DNA of 34,116 bases, taken from Chthonomonadaceae bacterium. GTDB taxonomy: Bacteria > Armatimonadota > Chthonomonadetes > Chthonomonadales > Chthonomonadaceae. The stretch's first letter is position 1; each line of letters begins with the position of its first letter. Shown piece after piece: positions 17,277 to 27,002 of the stretch. The position numbers and the translations under genes were made by a program. A model generated the notes under the pieces. That model did not search any database. It saw only the letters and a program-made list of their open reading frames with translations, and was not told where the DNA came from. The stretch lies in contig DASRGZ010000127.1 in the NCBI GenBank assembly GCA_035650735.1, positions 1-34,116 on the forward strand, read 5' to 3'.

Positions 17277-18758
17277 CTAAGCCTCACAAACGGCCGTGTA
17301 GCGCAGGTCGAGGTTCTTGACGGCGGCGGTCTCATCCAGGCGGGAGACCACCGTCCGATGCGGCGCGGCCTTGACGACCTCCGGGTTTTCCTGCGCCTCC
17401 CGCGCAATCGAAATCATCGCCTCGATAAAGGCATCGAGAGTCTGCTTACTTTCGGTTTCCGTCGGCTCGATCATCAGGGCTTCCGGCACGATCAGCGGGA
17501 AATAGTTGGTCGGCGGGTGGAAGCCGTAGTCCATCAGGCGCTTGGAGATGTCGAGCGCGCGCACGCCACTCTGCTGCTTTTGGCGCACCGCGGAGAGCAC
17601 CACCTCGTGCATGCAGGGCTGGTTGCCGTAGGCGACCTCAAAGGCGTCGGCCAGGCGAGCGCGGATATAGTTGGCATTGATCACCGCGTTCTCCCCGGCC
17701 TCGCGCAGCCCCTCCGGCCCCAGGCTGCGGATATAGGTATAGGCGCGGACGGCGATGAGGAACGCCCCGTAAAAGGAGTGGATCTTGCCGATGGAGCGCG
17801 GGCGGTCGCAGTTGAACCGATACCTCGCTCCCGGCTGTTCCCGCGTCTCCACCTTCTCCACAATGGGTACCGGCAGGTAGGGCTCCAGGCAGGGCTGGAC
17901 GCTGACCGCGCCGCATCCGGGCCCGCCGCCGCCGTGGGGCGTGCTGAAGGTCTTGTGCAGGTTGAAGTGCATCACATCAAAGCCCATGTCGCCGGGCCGC
18001 GTGATGCCCAGCATAGCGTTCATGTTGGCGCCGTCGCAGTAGACCAGGCCGCCCGCCTCGTGTACCATCCGGCAAATCTGAACGATGTCGCTCTCGAACA
18101 GGCCGACCGTGTTCGGGTTGGTCAGCATGAGCGCGGCGACGTTGTTGTCCAGCGCCGCCGCCAGCGCCTGCAGGTCCGTACGGCCCTGCGCGTTGGAGGG
18201 GATGGAGCGCACCTTGAACCCGCAGCGCGCGGCGCTGGCCGGGTTGGTGCCGTGCGCCGAGTCAGGGATGAGGACGATATCGCGATGGGCCTCCCCGCGA
18301 TCCGCATGATAGGCCTTAATCATCATCATGGCGAGCAGCTCGCCATGCGCTCCGGCGGCGGGCTGCAGGGTCGTCGCCTCCATGCCGCAGACCTCGGCCA
18401 GCATCTTCTGCAGCTCATAGAGGACCGCCAGCGCGCCCTGCGCCGTCTCTTCCGGCTGCAGGGGGTGCAGCGCCGCAAAGCCCGGCAGGCCCGCCGTGCG
18501 CTCGTTGACCTTTGGGTTGTACTTCATCGTGCAGGAGCCGAGCGGATAAAAGCCGGTATCAATGGCGTAGTTGCGCTGCGAGAGGCGCGTAAAGTGGCGC
18601 ACGACCTCCAGCTCGGAGACCTCCGGCAGCGGCAGGTCCGGGCGCAGATTATCCGCGCCCAGCAGCACCGACGGGTCCGTATAGGGTACGTCACACCGGG
18701 GCAGATTGGCCCCGTGGCACCCCGGATCGCTCTTTTCAAAAATCAGCGGTTCACTCAT
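17277..18758 (-). CDS. gcvPB: Glycine dehydrogenase (decarboxylating) subunit 2
   Basis: [45 protein letters not shown]. Confidence 0.97.
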   Translation of the reverse strand: MSEPLIFEKSDPGCHGANLPRCDVPYTDPSVLLGADNLRPDLPLPEVSELEVVRHFTRLSQRNYAIDTGFYPLGSCTMKYNPKVNERTAGLPGFAALHPLQPEETAQGALAVLYELQKMLAEVCGMEATTLQPAAGAHGELLAMMMIKAYHADRGEAHRDIVLIPDSAHGTNPASAARCGFKVRSIPSNAQGRTDLQALAAALDNNVAALMLTNPNTVGLFESDIVQICRMVHEAGGLVYCDGANMNAMLGITRPGDMGFDVMHFNLHKTFSTPHGGGGPGCGAVSVQPCLEPYLPVPIVEKVETREQPGARYRFNCDRPRSIGKIHSFYGAFLIAVRAYTYIRSLGPEGLREAGENAVINANYIRARLADAFEVAYGNQPCMHEVVLSAVRQKQQSGVRALDISKRLMDYGFHPPTNYFPLIVPEALMIEPTETESKQTLDAFIEAMISIAREAQENPEVVKAAPHRTVVSRLDETAAVKNLDLRYTAVCEA

Positions 18759-18784
18759 CTACGGTGTCCTGGATACGACAAGAT

Positions 18785-18928
18785 TTTTAGACAGGATTAA
18801 CCGAATTTCAACAATATGGATAAACCCATGAGAGGGCGCAATCTCAAACTACCATTTCAGGCGGGGCTACCAACCTTGCTATTCTGTCTTGCCGTAATTC
18901 TGTAAATCCTGTTAAATCCTGTCTAAAA
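18785..18928. repeat. REP/MITE-like inverted-repeat element between gcvPA and gcvPB
   Basis: Perfect 14-bp IR ttttagacaggatt / aatcctgtctaaaa with internal AATCCTGT units. Confidence 0.75.
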
Positions 18929-20296
18929 GGCTTTTGCTGTTTCCGGTTCGGCAAGAGAGGCAGCGACGGCATCTACCAAGCGGTCTACGTCTTCCTTCGT
19001 TTTGGTCTCTGTGACGCAGAGCAGCATGCCGTCGGCAAGCTCGGGATAGTACGGCCCGAGCGGCAGGCCGCCGACGATCTTATGCGGGAGCAGGCGCCGG
19101 TTGACCGTCTCCGGCGCGACCGGCAGGCGTACCACGAACTCCTTGAAGAACGGGACAGAGCCGAAGGGCGCCGAGACGCCGGGCAGCTCCAGCAGGCGCC
19201 TCTGCGCGTAGTGGGCTTTCTGGAGGCAGAGATCGGCGACCTGGCGCATCCCCGCCTTGCCCATCTCGCAGAGGTAGATGGTCGCCGCCAGGGCCAGCAG
19301 CGCCTCGTTGGTGCAGATGTTGCTGGTCGCCTTCTCGCGCCGAATATCCTGTTCGCGGGTACGCAGGGTCATAGTGTAGCCGCGCCGCCCCTGCCGGTCC
19401 ACCGTCGCGCCGACGATGCGGCCCGGGAAACTGCGGATAAACTTCTGCTTGCAGGCGAAAAACCCCAGCAGCGGCCCACCGAAGGCCATCGCATTGCCCA
19501 GCGATTGCCCCTCCCCGACCACAATATCCACATCGTATTCGCCGGGCGGCTTGAGCAGGCCCAGCGCAATGGGGTCCACGCAGGCGACGGCCAGTGCGCC
19601 GGCGCGGTGGGCGATCTCCACACAGGCGGCGACATCTTCCAGGCAGCCGAAGAAGTTGGGGTGCTGGACGATGACACAGGCGGTCTGATCCCCGACGGCG
19701 GCGCGCAGGGCCTCCAGGCTGCTGACGCCCCCCCCCGCGGGCGCTTCGACCATCTGATAGCCCGTGGAGTTCAGATAGGTGGCGATGACCTGCCGGTAGT
19801 GAGGATGGACGGCCTGGGAGACGACGACCTGCCCGCGCTCGGTGATGCTGGCCGCCATCAGCGCGGCCTCGGCCAGCCCTGACGCGCCGTCGTACATCGA
19901 GGCGTTGGAGATCTCCATTCCGGTTAGCGCGCAGATGAGCGTCTGATACTCATAGATAGCCTGCAACATCCCCTGGCTGAGTTCCGGCTGGTAAGGAGTA
20001 TAGGCGGTGGAGAATTCGCCGCGCCCTGCCAGGTAGGCCACGACGGAGGGACGGAAATGGTCGTAGATGCCCGCGCCCAGGAAACAGCGGTGCGATTCCA
20101 GATCGGCATTCTGCGCCGCCAGGGATTGCAGATGCCGTATAACCGCCGCTTCGTCGAGAGCGGCGGGTAGATTCAGGTCGCGCTTGAGCCGGATCGATTC
20201 GGGGATCGGCGTCAGCAGATCCTCCAGGGAACGGACGCCGATGGCGGCCAGCATCTCGGCGCGGTCGGCCTCCGTATTGCTTACGTAGCTGCTCAC
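18923..20296 (-). CDS. gcvPA: Glycine dehydrogenase (decarboxylating) subunit 1
   Basis: FLGAGIYDH, YTPYQPELSQG, NASMYDG, REQDIRREKATSNICTN. Confidence 0.97.
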   Translation of the reverse strand: MSSYVSNTEADRAEMLAAIGVRSLEDLLTPIPESIRLKRDLNLPAALDEAAVIRHLQSLAAQNADLESHRCFLGAGIYDHFRPSVVAYLAGRGEFSTAYTPYQPELSQGMLQAIYEYQTLICALTGMEISNASMYDGASGLAEAALMAASITERGQVVVSQAVHPHYRQVIATYLNSTGYQMVEAPAGGGVSSLEALRAAVGDQTACVIVQHPNFFGCLEDVAACVEIAHRAGALAVACVDPIALGLLKPPGEYDVDIVVGEGQSLGNAMAFGGPLLGFFACKQKFIRSFPGRIVGATVDRQGRRGYTMTLRTREQDIRREKATSNICTNEALLALAATIYLCEMGKAGMRQVADLCLQKAHYAQRRLLELPGVSAPFGSVPFFKEFVVRLPVAPETVNRRLLPHKIVGGLPLGPYYPELADGMLLCVTETKTKEDVDRLVDAVAASLAEPETAKAF

Positions 20297-20300
20297 GAGG

Positions 20301-20693
20301 TCAGTGACCTCCTTCTTCCAGGAATTTGCGATAGTCGTCGGCGCTCAGCAGGCCCGCCAGCTCGGAAGGGTCGCTCAGGCGCACCTTAATTAGCCAGCCG
20401 TTGCCGTAGGGGTCTGCGTTGACGACTTCGGTGTTGTCGGTGATGGCGGTGTTGGCCTCGACGACTTCGCCGGAGACGGGCGAATAGAGTTCTGAGACCG
20501 CCTTGACCGACTCGACCTCGCCAAACTGCTCGTCGTGGGCCAGCATCCGGCCCGGCTCCGGCAGATCCAGATAGACGATATCGCCCAACTCGGCCTGCGC
20601 GTGGTCGGTGATGCCTATGGTGGCGATGTCGCCCTGGACGCGCGCCCACTCATGCGTCTTGGAGTATTTCAAATCCTGGGGTACGTTAGCCAA
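20301..20693 (-). CDS. gcvH: Glycine cleavage system H protein
   Basis: YSKTHEW, GITDHAQ.ELGDIVY, VESVKAVS lipoyl lysine; TTG start after GGAGGG. Confidence 0.96.
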   Translation of the reverse strand: MANVPQDLKYSKTHEWARVQGDIATIGITDHAQAELGDIVYLDLPEPGRMLAHDEQFGEVESVKAVSELYSPVSGEVVEANTAITDNTEVVNADPYGNGWLIKVRLSDPSELAGLLSADDYRKFLEEGGH

Positions 20694-20756
20694 TGGTCCT
20701 CCCTCCACAAGACGTTTCTCTTGACCAGAGAAGCTCCCTATTCATCAGGGGAGCCG

Positions 20757-21845
20757 TCAACTCTCCAGCAAGGCTTTTTTCGGCACAACGGTCGCGGCGG
20801 CGCGCTTGTCGCGGATAGCGATCTCGACCTCGGTGCCCGGCCTGGCGTAAGGCGTGGCGACATAGCCCATCGCGATGCTGTGGTTGCGCGTCGGCGAGAA
20901 CACGCCGCTGGTGATCTCTCCGACGGCCTCCGGCCCGACGTAGATAGTATACCCCTGACGCGGCACAATTCGTTCCCTGAGAGTCAAACCGATCAGGCGG
21001 CGTTTTGGCCCCTGCTCTTTGACCGCCTGAATCGCATCGCGGCCCGTGAAGTCGCCCTTGTCCAGCTTGACCACCCACATCAGCCCGGCCTCTACCGGCG
21101 AGGTCGTGTCATCAATCTCGTGACCGTAGAGAGGATAGCCAGCCTCGATGCGCAGCGCATCGCGCGCCCCCAGCCCGCACGGCGCCACGCCCGCCTCCCG
21201 GAGCGCCTGCCAGACGCCGGGCGCGGCCCCGGCGGGGACGATGATCTCGAAGCCGTCCTCGCCGGTGTAGCCCGTGCGGCAGAAGGTCGCCTCCGCGCCG
21301 GCAATGCTGCCCGTCGCGTACTGGAAGCGGTCCAGGGAGAGCAGGCCCCTGTTGCCCACCACCTGCCCTACCCTGGCCGGGGCGTTCGGCCCCTGGACGG
21401 CGATCATGGCCGTCTCGTCGGTTCGGTTTTCGATAGCGACGTCGGCGGGCGTGTGGGAATAGATCCAGTTCAAATCCTTATCGGTGTTGCTGGCGTTGAC
21501 GACGACCAGGTAGGCCTGCGCGCTCTCCCGATAGACGATGATGTCGTCTATGATGCCGCCCTGCGGGTTGGTCAGCAGCGAATACTGCGCGCGGGAGGGC
21601 GCGAGCGCGGCGACGTCGTTGCTGGTAAGCGTTTGCAGCAGCGTGGTTGCGCCGGGGCCGGCAACGCGCAGACGCCCCATGTGGCTGATGTCGAACATGC
21701 CGGCATCGGTGCGGACGGCGCGCGTCTCTTCCAGAATGCCGGTATAAAGCACAGGCATAGCCCATCCCGCAAAATCCACGATGCGGGCTCCGGCAGCGAT
21801 ATGGGCGTCGTAAAGCGGCGTATGCTTGAGACTGGTGTCTGTCAT
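20757..21845 (-). CDS. gcvT: Glycine cleavage system aminomethyltransferase T
   Basis: LKHTPLY, FAGWAMP, FDISHMG, RTGYTGEDGFE, GLGARDALRIEAG. Confidence 0.97.
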   Translation of the reverse strand: MTDTSLKHTPLYDAHIAAGARIVDFAGWAMPVLYTGILEETRAVRTDAGMFDISHMGRLRVAGPGATTLLQTLTSNDVAALAPSRAQYSLLTNPQGGIIDDIIVYRESAQAYLVVVNASNTDKDLNWIYSHTPADVAIENRTDETAMIAVQGPNAPARVGQVVGNRGLLSLDRFQYATGSIAGAEATFCRTGYTGEDGFEIIVPAGAAPGVWQALREAGVAPCGLGARDALRIEAGYPLYGHEIDDTTSPVEAGLMWVVKLDKGDFTGRDAIQAVKEQGPKRRLIGLTLRERIVPRQGYTIYVGPEAVGEITSGVFSPTRNHSIAMGYVATPYARPGTEVEIAIRDKRAAATVVPKKALLES

Positions 21846-21907
21846 GGTTGTTCCTCTGCGGTTTTCCCCTCTCCCGCCGCGTGGATCGCAAGGCGGAGGG
21901 CCGGACC

Positions 21908-22783
21908 TCAACGGTTCGGCCCTTGCAGTAGGGGCCAGGGATGAGGGCCGCTCCCCTTCTCTTGCGAAGGCGAGGGACCGGTAGCAGGCGGAACCGTCGC
22001 CCTTCCGCGAATGGTCACGAAGCGGTCCCCTATTTCGATGTCGGTCAGGGTAAAAAAGCCGGAGAGCCCCAGGTCGGTCTGCACGTCCAGGACGGGATTG
22101 ATGCCTTTGAGCAGCGATTGCGCCACCTGCGGAGCCAGAAAGGATCGATTGAGCAGAATGACGGGATCAGCGAAATCAATATAGCGTCCTGCGCGGGGAG
22201 CCAGGGTGCCGGTGGCGATGAACGGCACCGGCGCGGTAAAGAGCGCGATACGCCCTTTGAGATGGATTTTTTGGTTTTGTATCCAAATCTCAACGTCCGA
22301 TAATGTTTGATGATATTTATGAGAAATAAAGGTACGCAATCCTTCCGCATCCACTAACGCTGTTACCGGCCCGGTCCCCGCGCTGCGCAGCCGCAGGCGG
22401 TCCTTCCAGATCGCGTGCCCGATGTCGAAGGTCACGAACGGGAGATCGGCCTCAAAGCGCGCAATGGGCAGCCCGGACAGCGTGAAATCGGTCAGGTGCA
22501 GGCGCAGGTGCCGGATGCTCCCCTTCCAGCCCGGCCTCGGATAGACGTAGAACGGCAGGCGGTCAGTCCGCTGGTGCTGCCCGTAGATGTCCACCGCCCA
22601 GACGTCGCTGGCGTAGAGGCCGAACAGGCCGCGCGGCTCCACGCTCGCCTGAATCGTCCCGGTGTTGTTGAACGCCTCGCGCATCTGCCGCGTCGCGTTG
22701 TGCCTGGCCCGCTGCTCCAGGCCGCCGTGCAGCAGCGCAAATACGAATAGCCCTATCGTCAGGTTCTTGAGGGTATCATCCAT
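21908..22783 (-). CDS. LmeA/DUF2993-like exported beta-rich protein
   Basis: N-terminal TM anchor; beta-strand-rich body ending ...INPVLDV...LTDIEIGDRFVTIRG. Confidence 0.55.
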   Translation of the reverse strand: MDDTLKNLTIGLFVFALLHGGLEQRARHNATRQMREAFNNTGTIQASVEPRGLFGLYASDVWAVDIYGQHQRTDRLPFYVYPRPGWKGSIRHLRLHLTDFTLSGLPIARFEADLPFVTFDIGHAIWKDRLRLRSAGTGPVTALVDAEGLRTFISHKYHQTLSDVEIWIQNQKIHLKGRIALFTAPVPFIATGTLAPRAGRYIDFADPVILLNRSFLAPQVAQSLLKGINPVLDVQTDLGLSGFFTLTDIEIGDRFVTIRGRATVPPATGPSPSQEKGSGPHPWPLLQGPNR

Positions 22784-22790
22784 GCGCCTG

Positions 22791-23498
22791 CTATTCGCCC
22801 AGGTAGGCTTTGCGCACCTGGTCGTTTTGAAGGAGATTGGCGGCGGTATCCTCCAGGACCACGCGCCCCGTCTCCAGCACGTAGCCGCGATGAGCGATCC
22901 GCAGGGCCTGGTGGGCGTTCTGCTCCACCAACAGGATCGTCACGCCCCGTTGGTTGATCTCTTGAAGGATGCGGAAGATGCTCTGCACCAAAAAGGGAGC
23001 CAGTCCGAGTGAGGGCTCATCCAGCAGCAGGAGGCGCGGGCGGGCCATCAGCGCCCGCCCGATAGCCAGCATCTGCTGCTCCCCGCCAGAGAGCGTGCCG
23101 GCCGACTGGCCGAGACGCTCCTTCAGGCGCGGAAACAGCGCAAAGACGCGCTCCAGATCGGCCCGAACTTCCGCGGCCTGCCCCTGGCGCGTATAGGCCC
23201 CCAGCTCCAGGTTCTCGCGCACCGTCATGTTGGCGAAGACGCGCCGTCCCTCCGGCGCCTGCCCCACCCCCAGCTTGACGATCTCGTGCGGCGGCAGACG
23301 GTGCAAGGGCTTGCCCTCAAACAGGATTTCGCCCTGGCGCGGGCGCACCAACCCCGACACGGTACGAATGGTCGTGCTTTTGCCCGCGCCGTTCGCCCCG
23401 ATCATCGTGACGATCTCGCCCTGCTTGACCTCCAGCGAAACGCCGTCCAGCGCGCGTATCGCCCCATAATAGACATATAGATCAGAAATCGTCAGCAA
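22791..23498 (-). CDS. livF: Branched-chain amino acid ABC transporter ATPase
   Basis: GANGAGKST, PEGRRVF, LSGGEQQMLAIGRALM, LDEPSLGLAP, EQN. Confidence 0.95.
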   Translation of the reverse strand: MLTISDLYVYYGAIRALDGVSLEVKQGEIVTMIGANGAGKSTTIRTVSGLVRPRQGEILFEGKPLHRLPPHEIVKLGVGQAPEGRRVFANMTVRENLELGAYTRQGQAAEVRADLERVFALFPRLKERLGQSAGTLSGGEQQMLAIGRALMARPRLLLLDEPSLGLAPFLVQSIFRILQEINQRGVTILLVEQNAHQALRIAHRGYVLETGRVVLEDTAANLLQNDQVRKAYLGE

Positions 23499-23515
23499 CC
23501 CAACGCTCCATTAGA

Positions 23516-23719
23516 ATCCACAGATTACACTTGCACAGATTGACACAGATTAAAGACAAAAGCCTTTGGACAGGATGAACCGGATTTCCAGGCTTGCACA
23601 AAGACAGGGAAGCAAGGCTTGTGTGGGTTTTAGAAATCCGGTTTAGCCCCTTCATCCTGATCTAAAAATCTGGTCTTTTGTTTTTTCTTAATCTGTGCGA
23701 ATCGGTGTAATCTGTGGAT
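23516..23719. repeat. Nested REP-like inverted-repeat element (outer CACAGATT family, inner CAGGAT family)
   Basis: Outer 15-bp IR atccacagattacac / gtgtaatctgtggat; inner caggatgaa / ttcatcctg and aaccggatttc / gaaatccggtt. Confidence 0.8.
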
Positions 23720-25826
23720 CTCGCTTTCTCTGTTCGCCGTCCGGGACGCCATCGGCGTCGCCGAACTCCTCGCCCAGATAGGCGGCGATCACCTTCGGGT
23801 TGCGGCGTATCTCCTCCGGCGTGCCCTCGGCAATGATGCGCCCGTAGTCGAGGACGTAGATGCGCTCACAGATGCCCATGACCAGCTTCATATCGTGCTC
23901 GATGAGCAGGATCGTCAGGTCGTACTCGTCGCGCACCTGCCGGATCAGGCCCATCAATTCTACTTTCTCCTGCGGGTTCATGCCCGCCGCCGGCTCATCC
24001 AGCAGCAGCAGCTTCGGGCGCGTCATCAGCGCGCGGACGATCTCCAGGCGGCGCTGGTCGCCATAGGGCAGGTTGCGCGCCTGCTCCCCCGCCTCCGCGT
24101 CCAGGCCGAACTCCCGCAGCAGCGCGTGCGCCCGTGCCCGCGCCTCCCGCTCTTCGCGCGCCATGCCCGCCGTCTGGAACAGCGCCGAGAAGAGATTGGT
24201 GCGCCGCCGCCCGTAGGCGCTCACGAGCACGTTTTCCAGCACAGTCAGGTCGGGAAACAGGCGAATGTTCTGGAACGTGCGCGCCAGGCCCAGATGGCTG
24301 CACTGGTAGGGCTTGAGGCCGGGGAGATTGCGGCGGCGGTGCCGCGTCGTTGCCAGCGCCAGCGCGGCGGAGGCGACTACGAAGGCCCAGACCACGCCCG
24401 AATGCGCTCCGATGGCAAATACCTGGAGCAGCTGTGTGGGCGCGATGTTCAGGTCGGTAATCGAGGAGAAGACGACCGTGCCGACGATATAGCCGCCGAG
24501 AGCCGCCAGCAGCGTATCCCAGGCCAGCAGGAGCGCGCGCCTGGCCGGCGGATAGGGCCGGTCGCCCTCATACTGCGCGCCCTCGAACAGGACCGCGCCG
24601 GAGGTCGGCTCGTAGACGCCGGTAAGCAGGTTGAAGGCGGTCGTCTTGCCCGCCCCGTTGGGACCGATCAGCCCGACCAGCTCGCCGGGCCGCAGGTAGA
24701 TATTGAAGTCGTCCACCGCGACCAGGCCGCCGAAGCGCTTCGTTACCCCCTCACAGCGCAGCGTATCTGCACCAGTGGATCTCTGTTCCCGCTCCTCCAG
24801 AGGCAGGCTGCCCGTCCCCGCCTCTTCCTCGCCACGGCGGCGAAACAGCGTTAGCTCGCCGCGCCCCAGAATTCCCTGGGGACGCAGGAGCATTACCAGC
24901 ACCAGCAGCAGCGCAAAGGCGACCAGACGGTACTCATCCTTATAGTAATGGGCGATCAGGCCGGTGTTCACGTTGCGCAGGAACTCCGGCAGCGCCGTAA
25001 GGACAATGGCGGTAATGGTCGCGCCCGTAATGCTGCCCAGCCCCCCCAGCACGACCATCACCACGAGCATGATGGACATAATAAAGTTGAAGCTTTTGGG
25101 CAACAGGAACTGCTCGTTGTGCGCGTAGAGGCAGCCCGCCGCGCCGGCCAGAAACGCGGCCAGCACAAAGGCGGTCACCTTGACCTTCGTGGTGTTGACC
25201 CCCATCGCATCGGCGGCGATCTCGTCTTCGCGCACGGCCAGGAAGGCCAGGCCGTGCAAGGAGCGCTTGAGGTTGCGCGCCAGCGCGATGGCGACTACCG
25301 CCAGGCCGAACACCCAGAAGAAGTTGGTCAGTCTCGGAATGCCGTTAAAGCCAACGGCGCCGCCCATAAAGGCCAGCGGTGGAATTTTGTCCGTATTCTC
25401 CAGCAGGACGCGAATGATCTCGCCGAAGCCCAGCGTGACGATAGCCAGGTAATCGCCGCGCAGACGCAGGCTCGGCACGCCGACCAGCCAGCCGAAGAGC
25501 GCCGACACTCCGCCGCCAACAAGGCAGGAGAGCAGCAGCCCGAACCCGTTTTGCAGGCCCGGAAACTTATACGTCACCGCCGCGCCGACGTAGGCGCCCA
25601 CCGCCGCGAACCCGGCGTGCCCGATGGAGAACTGGCCGGTGAAGCCGTTGACGATAGTGAGGCTGACGGCCAGCGTCACGAAGATGCCCGACAGCAGCAG
25701 CAGGCGCAGCACAAACGGGTCGAAGACCGGCTGGCCGTTGCGCTCCAGCGAGAGCACCGCGTTCACGCCGTAGAGCAGCAGGGCGACCGCGAGGCAGATC
25801 AGTACATGCCGGATCAGGCGCACCAT
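23688..25826 (-). CDS. Fused LivM permease-LivG ATPase with a hydrophobic insertion in the ATPase domain
   Basis: GQFSIGHAGF, LRLRGDYLAIVTLGFGEI (LivM); GPNGAGKTT, ARTFQNIRLF, LPYGDQRRLEI, LDEPAAG, IEHDM (LivG). Confidence 0.92.
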   Translation of the reverse strand: MVRLIRHVLICLAVALLLYGVNAVLSLERNGQPVFDPFVLRLLLLSGIFVTLAVSLTIVNGFTGQFSIGHAGFAAVGAYVGAAVTYKFPGLQNGFGLLLSCLVGGGVSALFGWLVGVPSLRLRGDYLAIVTLGFGEIIRVLLENTDKIPPLAFMGGAVGFNGIPRLTNFFWVFGLAVVAIALARNLKRSLHGLAFLAVREDEIAADAMGVNTTKVKVTAFVLAAFLAGAAGCLYAHNEQFLLPKSFNFIMSIMLVVMVVLGGLGSITGATITAIVLTALPEFLRNVNTGLIAHYYKDEYRLVAFALLLVLVMLLRPQGILGRGELTLFRRRGEEEAGTGSLPLEEREQRSTGADTLRCEGVTKRFGGLVAVDDFNIYLRPGELVGLIGPNGAGKTTAFNLLTGVYEPTSGAVLFEGAQYEGDRPYPPARRALLLAWDTLLAALGGYIVGTVVFSSITDLNIAPTQLLQVFAIGAHSGVVWAFVVASAALALATTRHRRRNLPGLKPYQCSHLGLARTFQNIRLFPDLTVLENVLVSAYGRRRTNLFSALFQTAGMAREEREARARAHALLREFGLDAEAGEQARNLPYGDQRRLEIVRALMTRPKLLLLDEPAAGMNPQEKVELMGLIRQVRDEYDLTILLIEHDMKLVMGICERIYVLDYGRIIAEGTPEEIRRNPKVIAAYLGEEFGDADGVPDGEQRKRDPQITPIRTD

Positions 25827-25831
25827 CGGCG

Positions 25832-26986
25832 TCAGACCTTTTCCACCGTGAACCGGCCCAGAAGCCCGGCCGGACGGAACAGGAGGATGGCGATGAGGAT
25901 AACGAAGGCAATCGCGTCCTTATAGGAGCTGAAAGGCGAGCCAGCGACAAAGGTTTCCGCCACGCCCATGATGACCCCGCCCAGCACGGCCCCGCCCAGG
26001 TTCCCGATGCCCCCCAGCACCGCCGCCACAAACGCCTTCAGGCCGAACATCACGCCCGTCAGCGTGTCGAAGGAGAACTGGGTCAGGCCGTAGTTGAGGA
26101 AGCCCGCCGCGCCGGCCAGCGCCGAACCCAGGAAGAAGGTGAAGGCGATGACGGTGTCGGTGTTAATGCCCATGAGCGCGGCGGCCTCGCGGTCAAAGGC
26201 CACGGCGCGCATCGCCTTGCCCAACCGCGTCTTCTGGACAATATAGAGCAGCGCCGCCACCAGGACAATCGCGGCGACAAGCACGATCATCTGCCCGCGA
26301 TTGACGCTGAGGGCCACGCTGCCCAGGTGCAGGTTCAGCGAGGCGCCGATAAGCTGCTGCCCGCCGGGCAGCGTCGCCAGGGAGTAGGCGCGCGGATTGG
26401 CCCCGAAGACGGCCTGCCCGCCGTTTTCCAGCAGCAGCGAGACGCCGATGGCCGTGATCAGAGCCGTCAGGCGTCCCGCGCTGCGAATCGGCTTATAGGC
26501 CGCGCGCTCGATGAGCACTCCCAGCAGGGCGCACCAGACAATGCAGACCAGCAGCGCCAGAAGACCGCCTGTGAGCACCGAGCGCTGCGCGGCGGCGGTC
26601 AGGCCGCCCATCATCCGCGTGCCGAAGGCCAGCAGCGCATTCACGAGCGGCCCCAGCAGCGCCAGGATCAGCCCGAAGCCGACGATGCGCGCCGCCAGCC
26701 TCTTCGGGTCGCGCCCGTGCCCGCGCAGCGAGACCAGAAAGGTGACAAGCAGGATCATCGCCAGCACAATGACCATGGCCTGCCTGTCCACGGAAGCGGC
26801 GGCAAAGCCGGTCACCACAAACAGGCCCATGAACGCCCCGACCATGTAGACGTCGCCGTGCGCGAAGTTGATGAACTTGAGCACGCCGTAGACCATGGTA
26901 TAGCCGACGGCGATGAGCGCGTAGACGCTGCCCAATTCGATGCCGTTGATGAGTTGTTGCAGGAAGAGCTGAAGCGATTGCCCCAC
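25832..26986 (-). CDS. livH: Branched-chain amino acid ABC permease (elongated)
   Basis: QQLINGI.LGSVYALIA.GYTMVYG...INFAHG, GLKAFVAAVLGGIG, RPAGLLG. Confidence 0.93.
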   Translation of the reverse strand: MGQSLQLFLQQLINGIELGSVYALIAVGYTMVYGVLKFINFAHGDVYMVGAFMGLFVVTGFAAASVDRQAMVIVLAMILLVTFLVSLRGHGRDPKRLAARIVGFGLILALLGPLVNALLAFGTRMMGGLTAAAQRSVLTGGLLALLVCIVWCALLGVLIERAAYKPIRSAGRLTALITAIGVSLLLENGGQAVFGANPRAYSLATLPGGQQLIGASLNLHLGSVALSVNRGQMIVLVAAIVLVAALLYIVQKTRLGKAMRAVAFDREAAALMGINTDTVIAFTFFLGSALAGAAGFLNYGLTQFSFDTLTGVMFGLKAFVAAVLGGIGNLGGAVLGGVIMGVAETFVAGSPFSSYKDAIAFVILIAILLFRPAGLLGRFTVEKV

Positions 26987-27002
26987 GTTGCAAGCTCCCG
27001 CG

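Noticed and set aside
21846..21907. Glycine riboswitch before gcvT
   Set aside because: Only about 60 bp of intergenic sequence, occupied by REP-like sequence
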